From Camelus dromedarius (lineage: Eukaryota): 64,000 nucleotides of DNA. The notes beneath the pieces are model-generated. The model ran no database searches and was not told the DNA's origin. It was given only the letters and a program-made list of their open reading frames with translations. Positions 1 to 15,021 of the stretch are shown here, piece after piece (the stretch's first letter is position 1; every line of letters begins with the position of its first letter). Where the stretch lies: NCBI RefSeq assembly GCF_036321535.1, contig NC_087436.1, positions 58,220,001 to 58,284,000 on the forward strand, written 5' to 3'. The position numbers and the translations under genes are program-made.

Positions 1-309
1 TTCAAATTCTACAAATTACCTATTATTAATGTTTCACTAACTTCAGAATTTTTATAGCAATCAAGGACTCTACACCTTTCTTAGTTTAGATTACATTTAG
101 TGAAATTACTTTTAATTCTTTATGTTTTATCTTTCTCAAATAATGTTTTCAGAATCAAAGGCTGTGTTTTTATGTTGTATTTTCTTACATTCTTTACTGT
201 CACTGAATTGTATTTTATACAGCTCCAATGTCTTAACCATCTGTGTAAATACTTTAGGTACACAGAAAAAGTATGACAGGAAAAATCCACGTTTCCTACC
301 CGTAGAGTC

Positions 310-470
310 ATAGATTAGAGTCATAGCTTTGCCACTTACTATCTGTATGGCCTTTATGTAGTCGCTTAAATGTTTTAACCCCCACTTTCACCATCTGTAA
401 AATGGCAAAATTAGTGCCTTGTTGACAGATTCAGAGAAAATAAACATGAAATTTATAACTCCTAATACAC
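310..470 (+). mobile_element. MIR SINE fragment (degraded)
   Basis: MIR-core-like sequence 'gctttgccacttactatctgtatggcc...ccactttcaccatctgtaaaatgg'. Boundaries approximate. Confidence 0.65.
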
Positions 471-3400
471 TGTGGTTTATAATTGCAAGGCTTACATTGA
501 TAAAAGGACAAACTACCTTCTCTTCTTTCTTTAAAGTAACCCTCTTGATTGCACACTGGCCTTGAGTCTATTTAGAGATACCTGGCCTCTTAAAACACTC
601 TTAAACACTCAGAAACTGGCTATCTTTCTTTGGAATCATTTCTGTTATCCTTTAGTAAGTTCAATGCTTCTCAAAGTATTTTCTAAGGAATGCTCCTCTT
701 GAGAAATAATATGGAAAAAAGGAGAATTCAGAGAAATACAACTCTGTAAACTGTTGCTTATGGTTTGCACTCTTAAAGATTAACATTTCACATAAAGTTA
801 TTAAAGTCTGTGAGACATCCAGCAACACAGAACCAATTTGATTTTTTTAATCTCATACCTTTTTTAAAATGTGAAATTGGTCATGTAAATTTTACATGAT
901 AATTACCCATGGAAACAGTCTTACTTAGAACTTAAAATGTTTAAAAATTCAGCCTTAGTTCAAATAACTGCCTAATATTGCCTTGGATGAGAGATGTGTG
1001 GAATCAAGTTGTTACTAAGTAAGAATTATCTGATAACCACATCATTTACAAAAGTATTTATTGAAGAATAAATAAGAAGTAAACAGGAGCAACCAGGAGA
1101 GACCAAGCAAGTTTAATATTATCTACCCTTCTCCCTTTCACTTCCTTAGGATTTTTACTTCTAAACCATGTGGCCCTTGAAAATTATCTCCTTTCTGTTA
1201 GCCAAGATTATGCTTTCTACTAGAATAAATCAAGAATATTAATTTTCATTTATCTAGTCAATTTATGATAATTTCCATAAGATGTATCCAAATCTATTCA
1301 TTTGTAATGATTATTTTGACCTGAATTTACAGTGGGCTGGTTATACTGGTGTCATGAAATTTTCTAGTTACTAGATTTTACTTTTTGCCATTACACTCAC
1401 TGTGCCTATCAGACTATATGGGCTATACAGAAAAACAATTCATGCATTTTATTAACTTTCATGAGATTAAATAGGAAAAAATTTCTCTTATAGCAATTAC
1501 AATTGCTTATGATTATATAAAGACACATAAATAACCTTATAATATTATTTTTGATTATTTATTAGAAGCAAATATATCCTCCATTAAACTTTACACTCAC
1601 TTTGGTCTTGATATTGCTTCTGCTTATAAATTACAAAAAAAGAATATTTCATTTTTGATTTCCTTCAGAGTTGCCTATATAAAATTCTTAAAAGGCTATT
1701 AATTTCTCTTAATTTTATAAGCTTTTCTACTGGCATTGTTACATTTTTGAGGTTTCCACTTCATTTTATACTTGGTTGGTATACTATTTTAATGATATTT
1801 TTAAAATTTATGCATGGCTTATGTCAGATCTAAATGACAAGAAATCATTCATAATAAGGTTCTTAGTTTGGCTTTTCATCTGTTTCTAATTCAAATCACC
1901 CTTAACTTCCCTAGCAACAAAACATAAGGGAGGGGGAAAATATTTAAGTGTTCATGTTATGAACCACTACATGGGTTCAGTTGCAGAACTGCTTCAACTT
2001 GAGGACCCGTCACATGATAATGGAAAAGGAAAGCACTCCCTTTTTGTTTCGTTATGTTTGGGGAAGTATTACCCAAAATAGCCTTTATGATGTCTTAGGG
2101 TTTTACGTGTAGGGAAGAAATTCAACCTATTTTGGAAGGTGATCAAAGTAGAATGATTTGGGGTTTTTTTGGTATCAAATTAATGAATGCAGAAATGAAT
2201 GCTTCTAGAATTAATAAGCTATTTTAAAGTTCAGTTCAGATACGTCTAGGATATTAAAGAAATTAAATCCAGTTCAATTACCTAGTGATAAAATCTAATT
2301 TAAGTCTCTAAAGATTTTTGGGAAATTAAAACGTGCTATAACTAACTCTTCTGTATATAGCATCTGTAATTGTCAATGAAAACATTTTGTCATTTTAACT
2401 TTCCTTTTTTTTTTTTTTTAAAGAAATTAAGCATTACAAATAAGGTTGCTGACCCTGTATTCCTTCTAAACCTGTTCTGTCATTGCCAGAGGTACTAACA
2501 ATCTAAATTTAATGTACCTCTTTCTGTCACATTTTGTTCTATGTATTTCTGTACTGGAATTATTTACAAGAATTTAAAAAATTTTAGAAATTTAAAAAAA
2601 ATTTTTTTAATTTTGGTTTAAATTTTGTTGGACCAAGGCATGTATTTTTAACAATTTTAAAATACCTAATTTTAAATCATATATAATTTTCAAATTGGCT
2701 GTACATATATGTGTATTTAAACTTATCTATCAATTTCTCTATCATTGTGTTAAGTCAAACTTACAATGCTTTATGCATACTTCCACGTATAATAGCTACC
2801 TGTACTTAGCTGGTTTACCTTTAAAAAGATATGTATAATACGTTAGAGAATTAAATTTAGTATTGCATCTAGGTTATCTCGTTAAGTTGAAATTGTAGAC
2901 ACCTAAACTGATACAAAATTAACATAAAGAGAGTAAAAATTTGGACAATTTACAATAAAATAAATAATTCAATGAAGTATTTTTAATGGGTATCACCTTT
3001 AGTAAATTTTGAATCTGAATTGAATGGAGTATTAAAACATTTGACTATGTATCACTGTTTTCTAAAATATCAACTATGTCGAAGATGCATTCAATACAGA
3101 ACTGAAGAAGTTTACCTACTGAAAGGAAACTGAAGATGACATCACACCACTATTTCTGGGATATTTACAAGGATTCTGACACTCCCTTAAGCCAAAGGGA
3201 GTTTTTAGTAAGGATTATTTATGTTTTACATAAGGTTGCACAGTGGTGTTTTCTTACTCTTTGTTTGCTGAATTAATGTCTTGAACCATATAGACTTTGG
3301 TTGAGCAAGTGCTGCCTCTTTGATCTTTTGAGAATTTTAAAATTTCTATCTTGATTGATTCTCTGACTTTCAGCTTAGACCTATGAAGAAGTAGAGTGAC

Positions 3401-4351
3401 TCCCCAAATTCCTATCATCTAGTCATGCCAAGTTCATGGGGCTGCCCTCATATCTGGCCCAAAACATTAATTCTTAGTTTCCAGACTTTCAACATATTCC
3501 AAATAAGTATGTATGTCATTTATTTTAAAAAAAAATTAGATTAAGAGTTAGAACGGAAGGGTTCTTTTTGTAGCCCTGTCCCTATAAGCCATCTAACCAC
3601 CTACAAGTTCTTCATTTCCCCTGTCTAGGGGCTTGTGAGAACCAAATGAGAAGTGAATGTGAAAGTGTCTCAATATATAAAATAGCTAAACTTCTGTTGT
3701 TGTTTGTTGCTTCTAAATTATTTAAGATCACTAATGTCTAAAAAGAGAGAATGTGAATGGTATTACACAACTGCTAGCTAATACATCTAAAATTCTATTC
3801 ATCTGAAAAATATCTGATTCTTAGTAAAACAAAGTACACCGTAATTTTCATCATTCATACATTATCAAAACCAGACACTCTTTTATCCTTTCTCATCATT
3901 ATGAGATAACTGAGAATTTATAACCTTATACCAATTAAAAACTGTATGTAATTAAAACCAAGGATTATATACTGCAAAGAATGTGTAAATAGGACATTTT
4001 TAAAAATCATAGGCATCTTAGTAAAAAAAAATCTGTAATCTGTTTTTGTCATCTACACTCATGATAATCCTCTCCTGTACTTAGTCAAATATTTCCCAAC
4101 ATGGGCTTAGTATCATTTTTCAAAATTATCTTGTTTCTTTTTAAATAGTAAGAATTGCTATTAATTAAACCTCCTCCATATACTAAATACTTTACATATT
4201 TTACTGTATTCCTATCTTCTAGGAAAATAACTGGTGATTTAATAATTAGCCTAGGGTCACAGAGTCACTAAGTAAGGCAGCTGGGGTTCTATTTTGCAGC
4301 CCTGATTCTAACAGTCATGTTTTTTGAAAAACACTGTGCCCCTGTACATAT

Positions 4352-4533
4352 GCAGTGGCTCTCAGTATTGGCTACATATGAGGCTGATCCAGGAATTTAA
4401 AATAAACTTCTGATGCAGGGCCTCCCTCTCAGAGATTGTGATTTGATTTGTCTGTGATGGAGGACTGCGGTTAAACCTGAAAATAAATTTTAGAACCTCC
4501 CCAGGGGATTCTAATGCACAACACTGAAAATCT
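4352..4533. mobile_element. MER5A-like hAT-Charlie DNA transposon fossil
   Basis: 'cagtggctctca...cagagattgtgatttgatttgtctg...cctccccaggggattctaatgcac' resembles the MER5A consensus. Confidence 0.65.
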
Positions 4534-5224
4534 CAGATTTGGTTAAAACTGTCTACTTTCTGGATCACTCTCAGAATACGTAACATGCACTCCTATCATC
4601 AGAACCTTTGTTCATGCTGAGAGACAGAGCTGCCTGGCTGAAAAAGCAAAGGTTTTGGTGTAGGACAGAAAAAAATGGTTTTGAATCACCAACCTATGAC
4701 AGTGATTAGCTATATATGGTGAGAATGAGACTCTTGCAACGTAAACGTCCTCATTAAAAACAACAAAAAAAGGAAATGTGCTTTGTAGAATTATTATGAT
4801 GGACATAATGCATATAAAATCACAGATGTGATATATAGTTGTGGCTTCAAAGAAGTTTATGTAAAGAACATTTTTCAATTATGTATTGCAAAATGGTAGC
4901 TGTCCATAGGCAGAAACAAATTCAGTGTGGTCAGATGTGTCTTATATAAGCTTCATGTGAGCCTCACATGACAGAAGGGACACAAACAGTGAAGGAGTAC
5001 CTCCAGTGAGGCTCTGTGGCTCTAAGTGGGGAGAAGGATTCCACTGGGATAGCATATCATCAGGTTAATGCAAGAGAGGTTCCTCTGATTTTTGCATGTA
5101 TTTACTACTTGCCCATATCCTTAAAACTAAATAAATAGCTAATAAGTCTGAAAGAAAGATCATTTGCAAGTAATACATTGAATCAGAAGATTAACTGTCT
5201 GTTAGAATAGATGAAAAGGTTTTT

Positions 5225-6510
5225 ATTTAGTTGAGCTTTCTGTTTGGAATGCCATCTCTCATTCTGTGTCTACCTGTTAACATCTCATCATCCTTTAACA
5301 CGTATCTCAGATGCCATTTTCCTTCTGAAATGTTTTCTGAATGCAAAGGTAAAAGACAGAACTAATAAAATGTCCAGTCTCTCTTGTATCAGCTAACTAG
5401 TATAAAAAATAGAAAGTAGGATCTGTACCATTAATTCACTTAAGAATTCAAATATAATTTACTGAGCATAACTACACATTGGGCAATAGGTTAAGGCAAC
5501 AAAACCCTCGCCCCATATCAGTCTTATGGGAATGGCAGGCATAAAAACCACAACTGAATTTTGTGTGATACTTGAGGTAACAGAAACAGGTTTGCATTTA
5601 GTCATAACTTAAAAGACAGCATGATTATCAACGTCTCATGTGTAGATGGGTCAGAAAAGATTTCACACAGATGAATATGATAAGGTAGTTTCACAGCATC
5701 ATTTTGACTGCACAGATTTTAGTGTCAATCATACCCTTAGCTGGACTCTACTGTTTATAATTCTTGAACATGATATGTAACTTCACTGTATCTGTTTCTC
5801 ATCAAATTGCGATAGATTTCCGATAATACATGTAAAGAATTCAGTAGATTACCAAATATATGGTAAGCCATCAAAGAAAAATCACAAGTGATACAGATCA
5901 AACATTATTATGATAGAATGAAACAGGATTTTCAAAAATATGGAAGCATGAAAAATCATGGCAATTTCAAGCAACTTACAAGATATTGAACATTAGATAT
6001 TTATGAGTAGTAAAGGGAGTATGGTTGGACAGGTGGGCTGAGGCTAGAACTTAAGGGCTTAAAGAATATGGACTTTATGATTGGGGGAATGGCATTAAAA
6101 GTTTAAAGAAGAGGAGTAACATGATCGGATCATAATTTTTAAAAATCACAACTGTGTAGATGATGGGAAAAGGGATAAAGGATAGTGATAAACTAGACAA
6201 TTAAGTTAAGAAATAGCCAAAAAGATGTTATTGTTGGTATTTAGAAATAAAAACAGGTTGAAGAGTGAAAAGAAAGAAATAAATATATAAAATTGAGTTT
6301 GAGATAGATTCAATATGATGTAGTGACCAATTAGATGTTGAATGTGGGTAGATGTAGGTCTTCTATGACTCCCAAGTCCCTGAATGGTGTAATAAGGTGA
6401 AAGTTAGAAAATTATCAAAGATGGTTAAGAAGTGGGAGGAGATTTTAGGGGAAAGATAAATGCACATCACAATGGACAGTAAGGTTGTACACAAACGTAC
6501 GGACCTCAAA
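5225..6510. mobile_element. Degraded L2 / MIR fragments
   Basis: L2 3'-end-like 'ttcaaatataatttactgagcataactac' and purine-rich antisense L2-type tract at ~5980-6510. Boundaries approximate. Confidence 0.45.
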
Positions 6511-7930
6511 AGAGAGAGATGAATTGAAAATATAGGTACACTATATCCTTACCTATCTTTATTTTTTACCACGAAAACAGGTGACTTATTACACAAGCTA
6601 GAATTTATAATGTGATAATATATCCAATGTGTCACTGTGTACAATAAATTTTTCTTATATGAATCAGCAAAACACATAATACTTTTAGAGATTTTATCAC
6701 TTAAGATCATGACTGTGTTTTTCCAGATATATCCATTTTATTCTAAAAGACACATATATAAGAACTATTTGTTTACCTTCCCCCAAAATAATCTTCAAAA
6801 ATTACTATCCAAGGAATCCCACCTACCTATCTTTAAAATTAATAGTATTTATCCATTGTAAAGTTATCTCTCCTCGTTTTTAAACACACATAAGCAGTGC
6901 ACTGCAAGCTGTTACTGAATTACAAGTTTTATAAAATATTTCACTAAATCCAAAGAAATTCCATATCAGATACTATTATTAGAATCTCTGCTTTTCTGAA
7001 GAAATATCTAGGCTTTTAAATTGTTTTTCCAGACAGCAAGTGAATAAATGTAGGATTTAATCTATACACCTGAGTCAAGTGCCTAAGCCCTTTTGTATCA
7101 AATATTTATCCATCTTCCCTTAGAAGATACTTATATAAAATATTTGTAATTCTAGCATATTTTACCTTCATACACAAACACTCTTTCCTTCACCTTATAG
7201 ATGCTTTCTACTAAATTCTGGTATTTATTTTGCCTGGTTATATTTCAGAAATCACTATATAAACTTACAAACAGACAAGGCAACAAGATTTAATGTATTA
7301 GGAGTAGTAGATTTTAATGCAACTAAATCAGAAACAATCAAATATTCAGTAAGACAGATTTTAAAAATTACTATTTAGGTATATAAGATTGAAGTATTTC
7401 AGGCATCAATACATTGATATAATATTAGTAAAATATTTTATAGTGCTCAAGTATAAAAACTTAAAACAATTTCCTATACTTTCTTTTTATCTAAATTAAT
7501 AGAAAAATCAATGTGTAGCATTTTTTGTTGAAGGGTGGAAATTTATATTTTTAACTAGCTGATACCAAGACTTCATTTATCTTTCTGAGGTTTAAAATAG
7601 CTTGCCTCTAACTTTCAGCTAGCTCATTTGATTAATTTGGAGATTGGTCAGACCTATAAATTAGATATTAACTTATTATATATCCATACATGTATATACA
7701 TGCTTCCATTATACTAAGCAAAATGAAGGCACACTTATGTAAATGTAGTTGTCTTTGATGGTGATGATATATATTCTTGCATGTATAATGTCAGAGATAG
7801 AACTTACATCATATTTATAAGAATGTTGTAGTTAAAAGTGTTAACACTTAGTTGAGATGTTTTTGATTGCCATTTGTATGGAAAACACTATTCCAGGGCA
7901 TAAAGAGAAGGATAAGAATTTCTGTCTTCT

Positions 7931-8133
7931 CAGGCATATGTAGAACAGATAAACAAGACTATACTGTACAGCACAGGGAAATATATACAAGATCTTGTGG
8001 TAGCTCATAGCGAAAAAAAATGTGACAATGAATATATGTATGTTCATGTATAACTGAAAAATTGTGCTCTACACTGGAATTCTACACAACATTGTAAAAT
8101 GACTATAACTCAGTAAAAAATGTTTTTTAAAAA
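7931..8133 (+). mobile_element. Young 5'-truncated LINE-1 3'-end insertion (~200 bp)
   Basis: Closely matches the 3'UTR at ~47870-48060. Short A tail. Perfect 17-bp TSD aagaatttctgtcttct at 7914-7930 and 8134-8150. Confidence 0.92.
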
Positions 8134-8195
8134 AAGAATTTCTGTCTTCTAAGAAAGGTTCAAAGGTTGTTCAAAGGGTCACTAAATAAGTATAT

Positions 8196-9107
8196 TGTGC
8201 CGATTTCAATTACACCAATTGATAGCTCTAAATCCACCCTCCATTACCTGCTCTGCAATAATGAAGATGGGGTTTAACAATATTTCTCCTTTGCCAACTT
8301 GCAGGTTTTCAAGCTTTGTCAATAAACAGTACTAGAGGGACACTGGAGGAAGAAAGGTTTCTCTTTTTTCATCCCAATGTGCTCCTCTCATCAAGCTTCT
8401 GCAGTAGTTTCTACAGAAAATGGCTCCTATAGCACATGGTGGCTTGTAGCACCCAGCAACCACTAGCTACCTCTGGTAGGCTTTCTGGTAGCTTAAAAAT
8501 GAATTTCAAGGCCTGGCACCTCCCTGTAGACAACTTCCTCCAAAACCCACTAGGGTGACTTTGTAATCTAGCGGTAAATACTAGTGACTTATTTCCTTGG
8601 GAAACAGCGGACTCCAGCATCCCCTTGGGTTATTTTGCCATGAATATGCAACATCTCCTTATGGATAACTTTTTCCACTACTCCCCAGATGACATAGCAC
8701 TGAAGAAGTGGCGCCTCCTTAGCTTTGCAGAGAAGTGGTGCTAGTTAAGAAACTTCCTGTAAGTGGCTTCTTTAGTATCTGAAAAGGAAGATTTCCGGCA
8801 AATTCTTCAATCACAGCACCTCAGTGACATGGCCACTCTCCAGTGAGCCATGGCTGTGTCCTCTCAAAGGCTGGATGTTAGCCCTGCATGGGGTATGGGA
8901 GATTTTTCCTTGGGTGCAACATCTCAGCCCTAGAGGCAGTGACTGCTCTTTATACCGATTATTACTATATTCTATGGAGTCCTCTTTAATTATTACTAGT
9001 CAATCCTTTCTTATTCCAAAATTCCATCTATTTATTCTGTACATTAAACTTTCCCTGTTTAAATCACTGTGTGGTTTCTGCCTCCCAGTGGGCCTTTGAC
9101 TATTACA
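8196..9107 (+). mobile_element. ERVL-class solo LTR (LTR33/LTR41-like)
   Basis: Starts TG and ends '...attaaactttccctg...tggtttctgcctccc...tgactattaca'. Near-perfect 5-bp TSD tatat/tacat. Confidence 0.65.
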
Positions 9108-11614
9108 TACATCAAAAGTAACATAAGAGTTAATCTAAAAGTAAAGCAGCAATAATACAAGATAATAATACAAAATGTGCTCCAAAGCATAGGAGGAATA
9201 ACAAGCAATGCAACAAAGGGTGAAAGTATCAATAAAATATTTCATAGACTTTGGGTTAGATCTCTAAGACTAGAAAGAATGTTTTTCAGATAGAGAAGAA
9301 TGGGGATGAATTTCTGGGAATGGCTTTAGCAAAGGCACTCGCATATTGCTAGAGAACCAAGGAGTCGGAACAGAGAATTGGTAGGGTAATTTAGGAAATT
9401 AATTAGGTTAGGAATATATGGTGGATCAGTTACAAAGAGTTTATCAATGTGATGCCAAGGATTTTGTACATATCACACAGATATCGGTGAGCTAAACAGA
9501 TTTTCATGGAAGAATGTTTGTTTCCTTTGGAAATCCCATTTGATGTCAGATACTTTATCTTAGGAGCCCTGACATATAATACACTTTTGCCGGTTCCTTA
9601 AACAAAATCATATGCTCTCATCTTTGAAAGTGTGTATATATCTATCCATCATCATGAATAACTATGAAGAGAAATCTGAGAAGCCTGCATGGATATAAAT
9701 ATGTATTCCAACCAAGAACAACATCTGAAAACATTTGTCAAAGATGCCAGACACTAAAAGCACTATTTGTATCATGAATAGTAAAAATTTTGCATCTTGC
9801 TAAGATATAGAAATGGTGGAGAACTAGTAGTTGTATTTTTATTCAATTTATTTCACATGTATATATTTTAATCATCAGTTATAGCTTGAGAAATGTAGGG
9901 CAAAGCATTTGCCACCTCAAGAAAGAGTCCAGTTGAAAACTGAAGGTATATACACGTATCTAAAAAATTGAAAAAAAAAAAAAAAGTGCACCGGAGTCAA
10001 TATCTAAAGGAACTGAGTTTCGTGTAGTCTTAACATTATCAGAGTCATAAAATGACATAAAATGGATATTCCAAGGGGGTTTAGATAATGCATTATTTTC
10101 CCATTTTGTCAGGCCCTGAGTGAGGCTGAACTGTCAGGCACCTGTCAAGTAGAAGGGAACTTCAAGCATCACCTTCAAGAAGAAGCAAATTAAGTATATG
10201 TCAACAAGTTGTTGGACTGAATGGGAATGTCAAACATGCCAGAATTATAGACACTTTCTGTATCAGGTTGCAAGATTATTTACAAAGAGTTGTGTACCTG
10301 TACAGCATAAATCAAGTTTTCATTCATCTGCTGCTAGTGATCTTATCATCACTATATATAATTCTACTTTGCTAAGAAAACAAAATCAAGACATGAAGTT
10401 ATCTCATTAAAATAGAGGTGTTATACTAAATTGCTGATTGGTATTTGAAATATTACATATAAAATCACGGTAGCAATGCTATAATTAAAATGGACTTGAC
10501 TTTGCATTTCTATATTTATGTTTACATTCTTTTGTTTACTCTAATTTTTGAATCCAAAAAAATTCTTTTCCATTTTATCAGGGAAGAGAGTTTCTACCAC
10601 CAAAACCACAGTCCTCGCATGGAAATATTGTTTATTAAATCCCCTACACTGTTTTTGATTTATCTGTGTTGGCAGATCATTTTCACAGTGTAAGGATGTT
10701 TTTGTAATCTATAATACAACGGTAAATCAAACTGACATTTTAAAATGTCTAAGCTACATGTTTTTTATTCATTGATAATAACTATTTTTCTTTCTTAAAA
10801 ATGCTGATAGTCATATGATAAAGGTATGTTCATTTGAAAAAAGCCTACATAATGAACTATTATTCAAAATAATTTTATTACAGTTCACATGGAGATTATA
10901 CAGATGTTCAAAGGTGAAAATTTATTGAGATGAAGAGCTGTTGACATATTTTTAATATACAAAATATTCTAGGCAACGAATAAATGGAATTTACTTATAC
11001 TTTCTATTTAAATTGTGATTGTTATTTACTGTCAATATTTTGTCTTATTCAAACTACAATGACATTCTAAAATTTAATTACTTTAATTGGTATAGGGTCA
11101 TGGAAAAAAATCATACAGGTCAAATTTCTTGAAACATTCTTTAGCAATGTCAATATGATCCTGGACCTCTAGGAAAAAATAGGAAACTGAGTCAATTTGT
11201 TTTTTTAACAAATATCTGTATATTTGGCATCATATAGGCAAATTTGGGGGTTAATGATTCCATATAAATTCAAGATTATCTCAGTGTTTTGGTATTGAAT
11301 GAAATCTTCCATTTCATGAAGCATGCAAAGCATACAAAATACAAAATAGAATAGTTGTGAAAGCAATTATTTTATTGATAATGGAAATTTTAAAAAACAA
11401 AGAAATTTGTTTATGAAATCTACAGAATCACAGAAATATCCTCTTCCAATTCATGTACAGAGTTGGAAGAAAGGAATAAATATGGGGAAAAGATAGAAAT
11501 GTCTGACTTACTATTTTTTTAAATATATATATAAGAAATCTACATTTCTAATTTTAAAAAGATACTTCTAGAATTTATGTCAAGGTATTCAGGGACAGTT
11601 AAATACCATGAAAA

Positions 11615-11806
11615 TATAGGGACAGGAACTGGGCTTCCACCCACTTTTTGGCCTTTATGGTTAGTTGGGAACTATAATGGCACCTGTGGGTGTGCCATGA
11701 GACTCAAGGTCCACTGGAAGTCAAATCTTCTACCATCTTGGTTCTAGCCAGTTTATCCTGTCCTCAACTGCTGTGGTTGTGCCTCACCCCCTTCCCTCCT
11801 GTTTCA
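11615..11806 (-). mobile_element. Partial ERV1-type LTR
   Basis: Minus strand begins TGAAACAGGAGGGAAGGGGG, similar to ungulate ERV1 LTR starts. GC-richer than flanks. Left boundary uncertain. Confidence 0.5.
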
Positions 11807-14262
11807 GATGCACAAACAAATGAAACAGAAAAAAATCAATGAGATTGAGTAGAAAATACCTATAACTGCAAACTTATGAGACTTTATAATAACAGAATGT
11901 ACAAAACAAATGGCAGGCCACGGTGAGGTAAAGGAAGCCAGAGTACAAAACTATCAATATAGAATTGTTTCTTCTCATACTTGATTTTCAAGCATAAATC
12001 AAAAAGTCAAGGTAAACATAAAGCACAACACACATACATTTTGATGTACTTGGTTTCACTGCTCTTGGTATTGAAGTTAGTTTTACCAGGTAGAGTGGAA
12101 CTGCCATTAGTCTTTCACTAATACTAAAGAATTTTCTGCAGAAGAGCCATCAGTTTTGTTTCAACACATTACTAGAAAAACAAACAGATTTGCTTTTTAG
12201 TTAATGTCTTCCTGAGGAAAACCAAAAATTGATGCATGCTTAATGTGTGCAGTCTGAAAAAAATAGTAAATGGGAATATGAAAATAAAAAATTACCCACA
12301 ATTCTACCACCAAAATAAGCACTTCTATTTCTGTTGTCACTAGTTTAATTTCCTTCATGATGTTTTCATTTTATCTACAACTGTGTCAAAGAGTCTCCTT
12401 GCATTTGTGTACAAACAAGGATATATGCCATTTTGACTATATATTATTTTTTAATGTTATCACCATGAAGCATTAATAGTTTTTTTAACATTTTGAATCT
12501 ATTTTTTCCTAAACTTACTCCTGTTTTATTATATATTCTCTGAAAAATTAATTATGTATACATAGCATTCCCAGGTATAAATAAGCCCTAGTTTATTTAT
12601 TCACTATTTTTGAATATCTATGTTTTCGAATTATTAATTATACAAAGGTCTATGATGAGCGTCTTTATATATTAATATCTGTGAACATCTCTAATTATTT
12701 CATTAATGATACACATTCCTAGGACTTGAGTACAATTAATATATTATAGAATACAAATGTTACAGAGATTAACTAAATTAAAAAGATTTCCTGTTACCTG
12801 TACTTGTTCCCATTGGCCAAAGTGCACTTCTTGCCTTTGACCTCTCTTTTGAAATAAAAGTAAGTTCAAACTAATATTTTGTTTTCTTATTTCTGGCCAG
12901 TTGGCCAATGTGAGGTAAAGGAAAGATTATTCATAAAGTAACTCAAACTAGGGTTGGATGGACATTTATGAGGAATAAAGCCAAAGAAAATGCTGCTATT
13001 TAGACTATAAAACATTTTGGGAGTCTCATTCAAATCTAAGAATCTGGGATTCCTTGAAATATTTAAGAAGGCTAACCGATTTTTTTGAAAAGTAGCGTTC
13101 AGAAGTTAAATACATGTAATACTACATCTCACAAATTACTGTATGCATCATAAGACTATGTACTAAACTGGTATTTGGATTAGAGAGGATTTTGTCAAAT
13201 TTTGTCCCATGCTCCTTTATAGTAAATTGGCAGTATTGTTAGTTGAGACTAGATTACCTTAGAATTATGTATGAAGCTCTAATTTATTGCTGATTATTTT
13301 TACACCTCTAAGGTGCAAGTATTTTATTTTATTATTTTATTTTATTATTTTATTATTATCTTATTTATATTTATTTTAATTTGCATATTGGCTCAAAGTT
13401 TTAGCCATAGAAAACAAGACTTCTTAACTCTAAGTACTATCAAATGCTATCTCTCAAAATATATTTATCTTAAAGTGTATGAATGAGAAAATATTAAAAG
13501 AATGTCATGTTTTTGAGGAGATAATTTAATAATATCCTATATTAATATTTTGGCAAAGTGTTTTCCTGCTGAAATGATGGAGTCATTTATGTAATTGTAC
13601 TACATGGCATACATTTCCAACATATTGCTGAAATTAAGGAAAATTCACTTTGGCATTCTACTTGATTTATAAATGTATTTGATGAAAATGCTCTTAACCA
13701 GAATATCCTTTGAGTCACTAACTTTTTTCATCATTTATTCCAGGATAAATTCTTATCTCAATATATTTTATTCTATCAAATGAGAATATTAGTTTCTAGG
13801 TGTTCACCAATGAGGAAGTGAAACACTTAAAAGAATTTCACAATCATTTGCAAAGTTTTATCTCTATAAACATGTGTGTATATTTCATGTTGTGACGTCA
13901 AAAGTATAATGTGTGTAAAGCAGACTTGAGATTGAAGACAACATTTCAATTATTTTTCATGCATTTATCCTTTGTCACATCTACAGGCCTCAGTCCCTGT
14001 TTATAAACTTAAGTTTTACAAAAATAAAGCAATAAGGAAATGAAAAGAGTTTTACCTTTCCTTGACTTAAAAGTTTCTTTCAGAATGGAAGCTGCCTTTC
14101 ACAATTAAATCACTTCTCTTAAGTTTGCCATCCTTAGAGATGTTTATTTATACTCTAAAATTACTCTAGTAAAATGTTTGCAGGTGGTATAACTGTATCT
14201 GCTGAAAGAAGAAATTTGGTTACACTTTATATTTCATTGGTAAAAATAAAATATTTGCTATT

Positions 14263-14743
14263 TGTATTAGTTTTCTATTGATGTTGCAAAAAATTCTGCA
14301 AAATTAGTGGCTTAAAACAACATAAATATATTATTTTACAGTTCTAGAGGCTCGAAATAAAAAATTGCTCTAAATGGGGCTAAAACCAATGTTTCAGCAG
14401 AGCAGTATTCCTTCTGGAAGTTCTAGAGGAGAATCTGCACCCTTGCTTTTTCCAGTATCTAGATTCAGTATCTAACCGAATTCCTTGGCTCATGACCTTT
14501 CCCTCCATCCTCAAAGTCAGCACTGCAGCATCTTCCAAATTCTCTCCTGCTCTGACACTTTCATCTCTCTCTTTCCCTTGTGATTGCATTATGCCCTCCC
14601 AGATAATCTGGACAAGATCCTTAATTTAATTATATCTGCAAAATTCCTTTGCATGTAGACAATATGTTTACAGGTTTCAGAGATTAAGATACCAATATGC
14701 TGCCTATTATATAAACATACATGGCCACTATTCTTCCTGCACA
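14263..14743 (-). mobile_element. MaLR solo LTR (MLT1C/D-like)
   Basis: 'tgtattagttttctattg...agtggcttaaaacaacataaat...ttttacagttctagagg' is the antisense MLT1 signature. Flanks ctatt/atatt give a 4/5 TSD match. Confidence 0.8.
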
Positions 14744-14997
14744 ATATTTAAGATAGTTCATTTTAAGCTTTTGTCCCCACAATAAGACAAACACACACAC
14801 AGAACACGCAATATATAAATATTCAGATAAAAGTACAAAGCAAGAAACTGTCTTTAAAAGAGAACTTGTTGTAATGATATAATCCCTATGTATGCAGATT
14901 ATTTTTTCTGTCTTATTACTTCTGTTTGTACATTCATTTACAGTATATCTTATCAATGTCTCCTTTCATTTATACTTTTAGGTTTTTTTAATAATAT

Positions 14998-15021
14998 ATG
15001 TGTGTGTGTGTGTGTGTGTGT
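14998..15021. repeat. (TG)n microsatellite
   Basis: Direct read. Confidence 0.95.
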
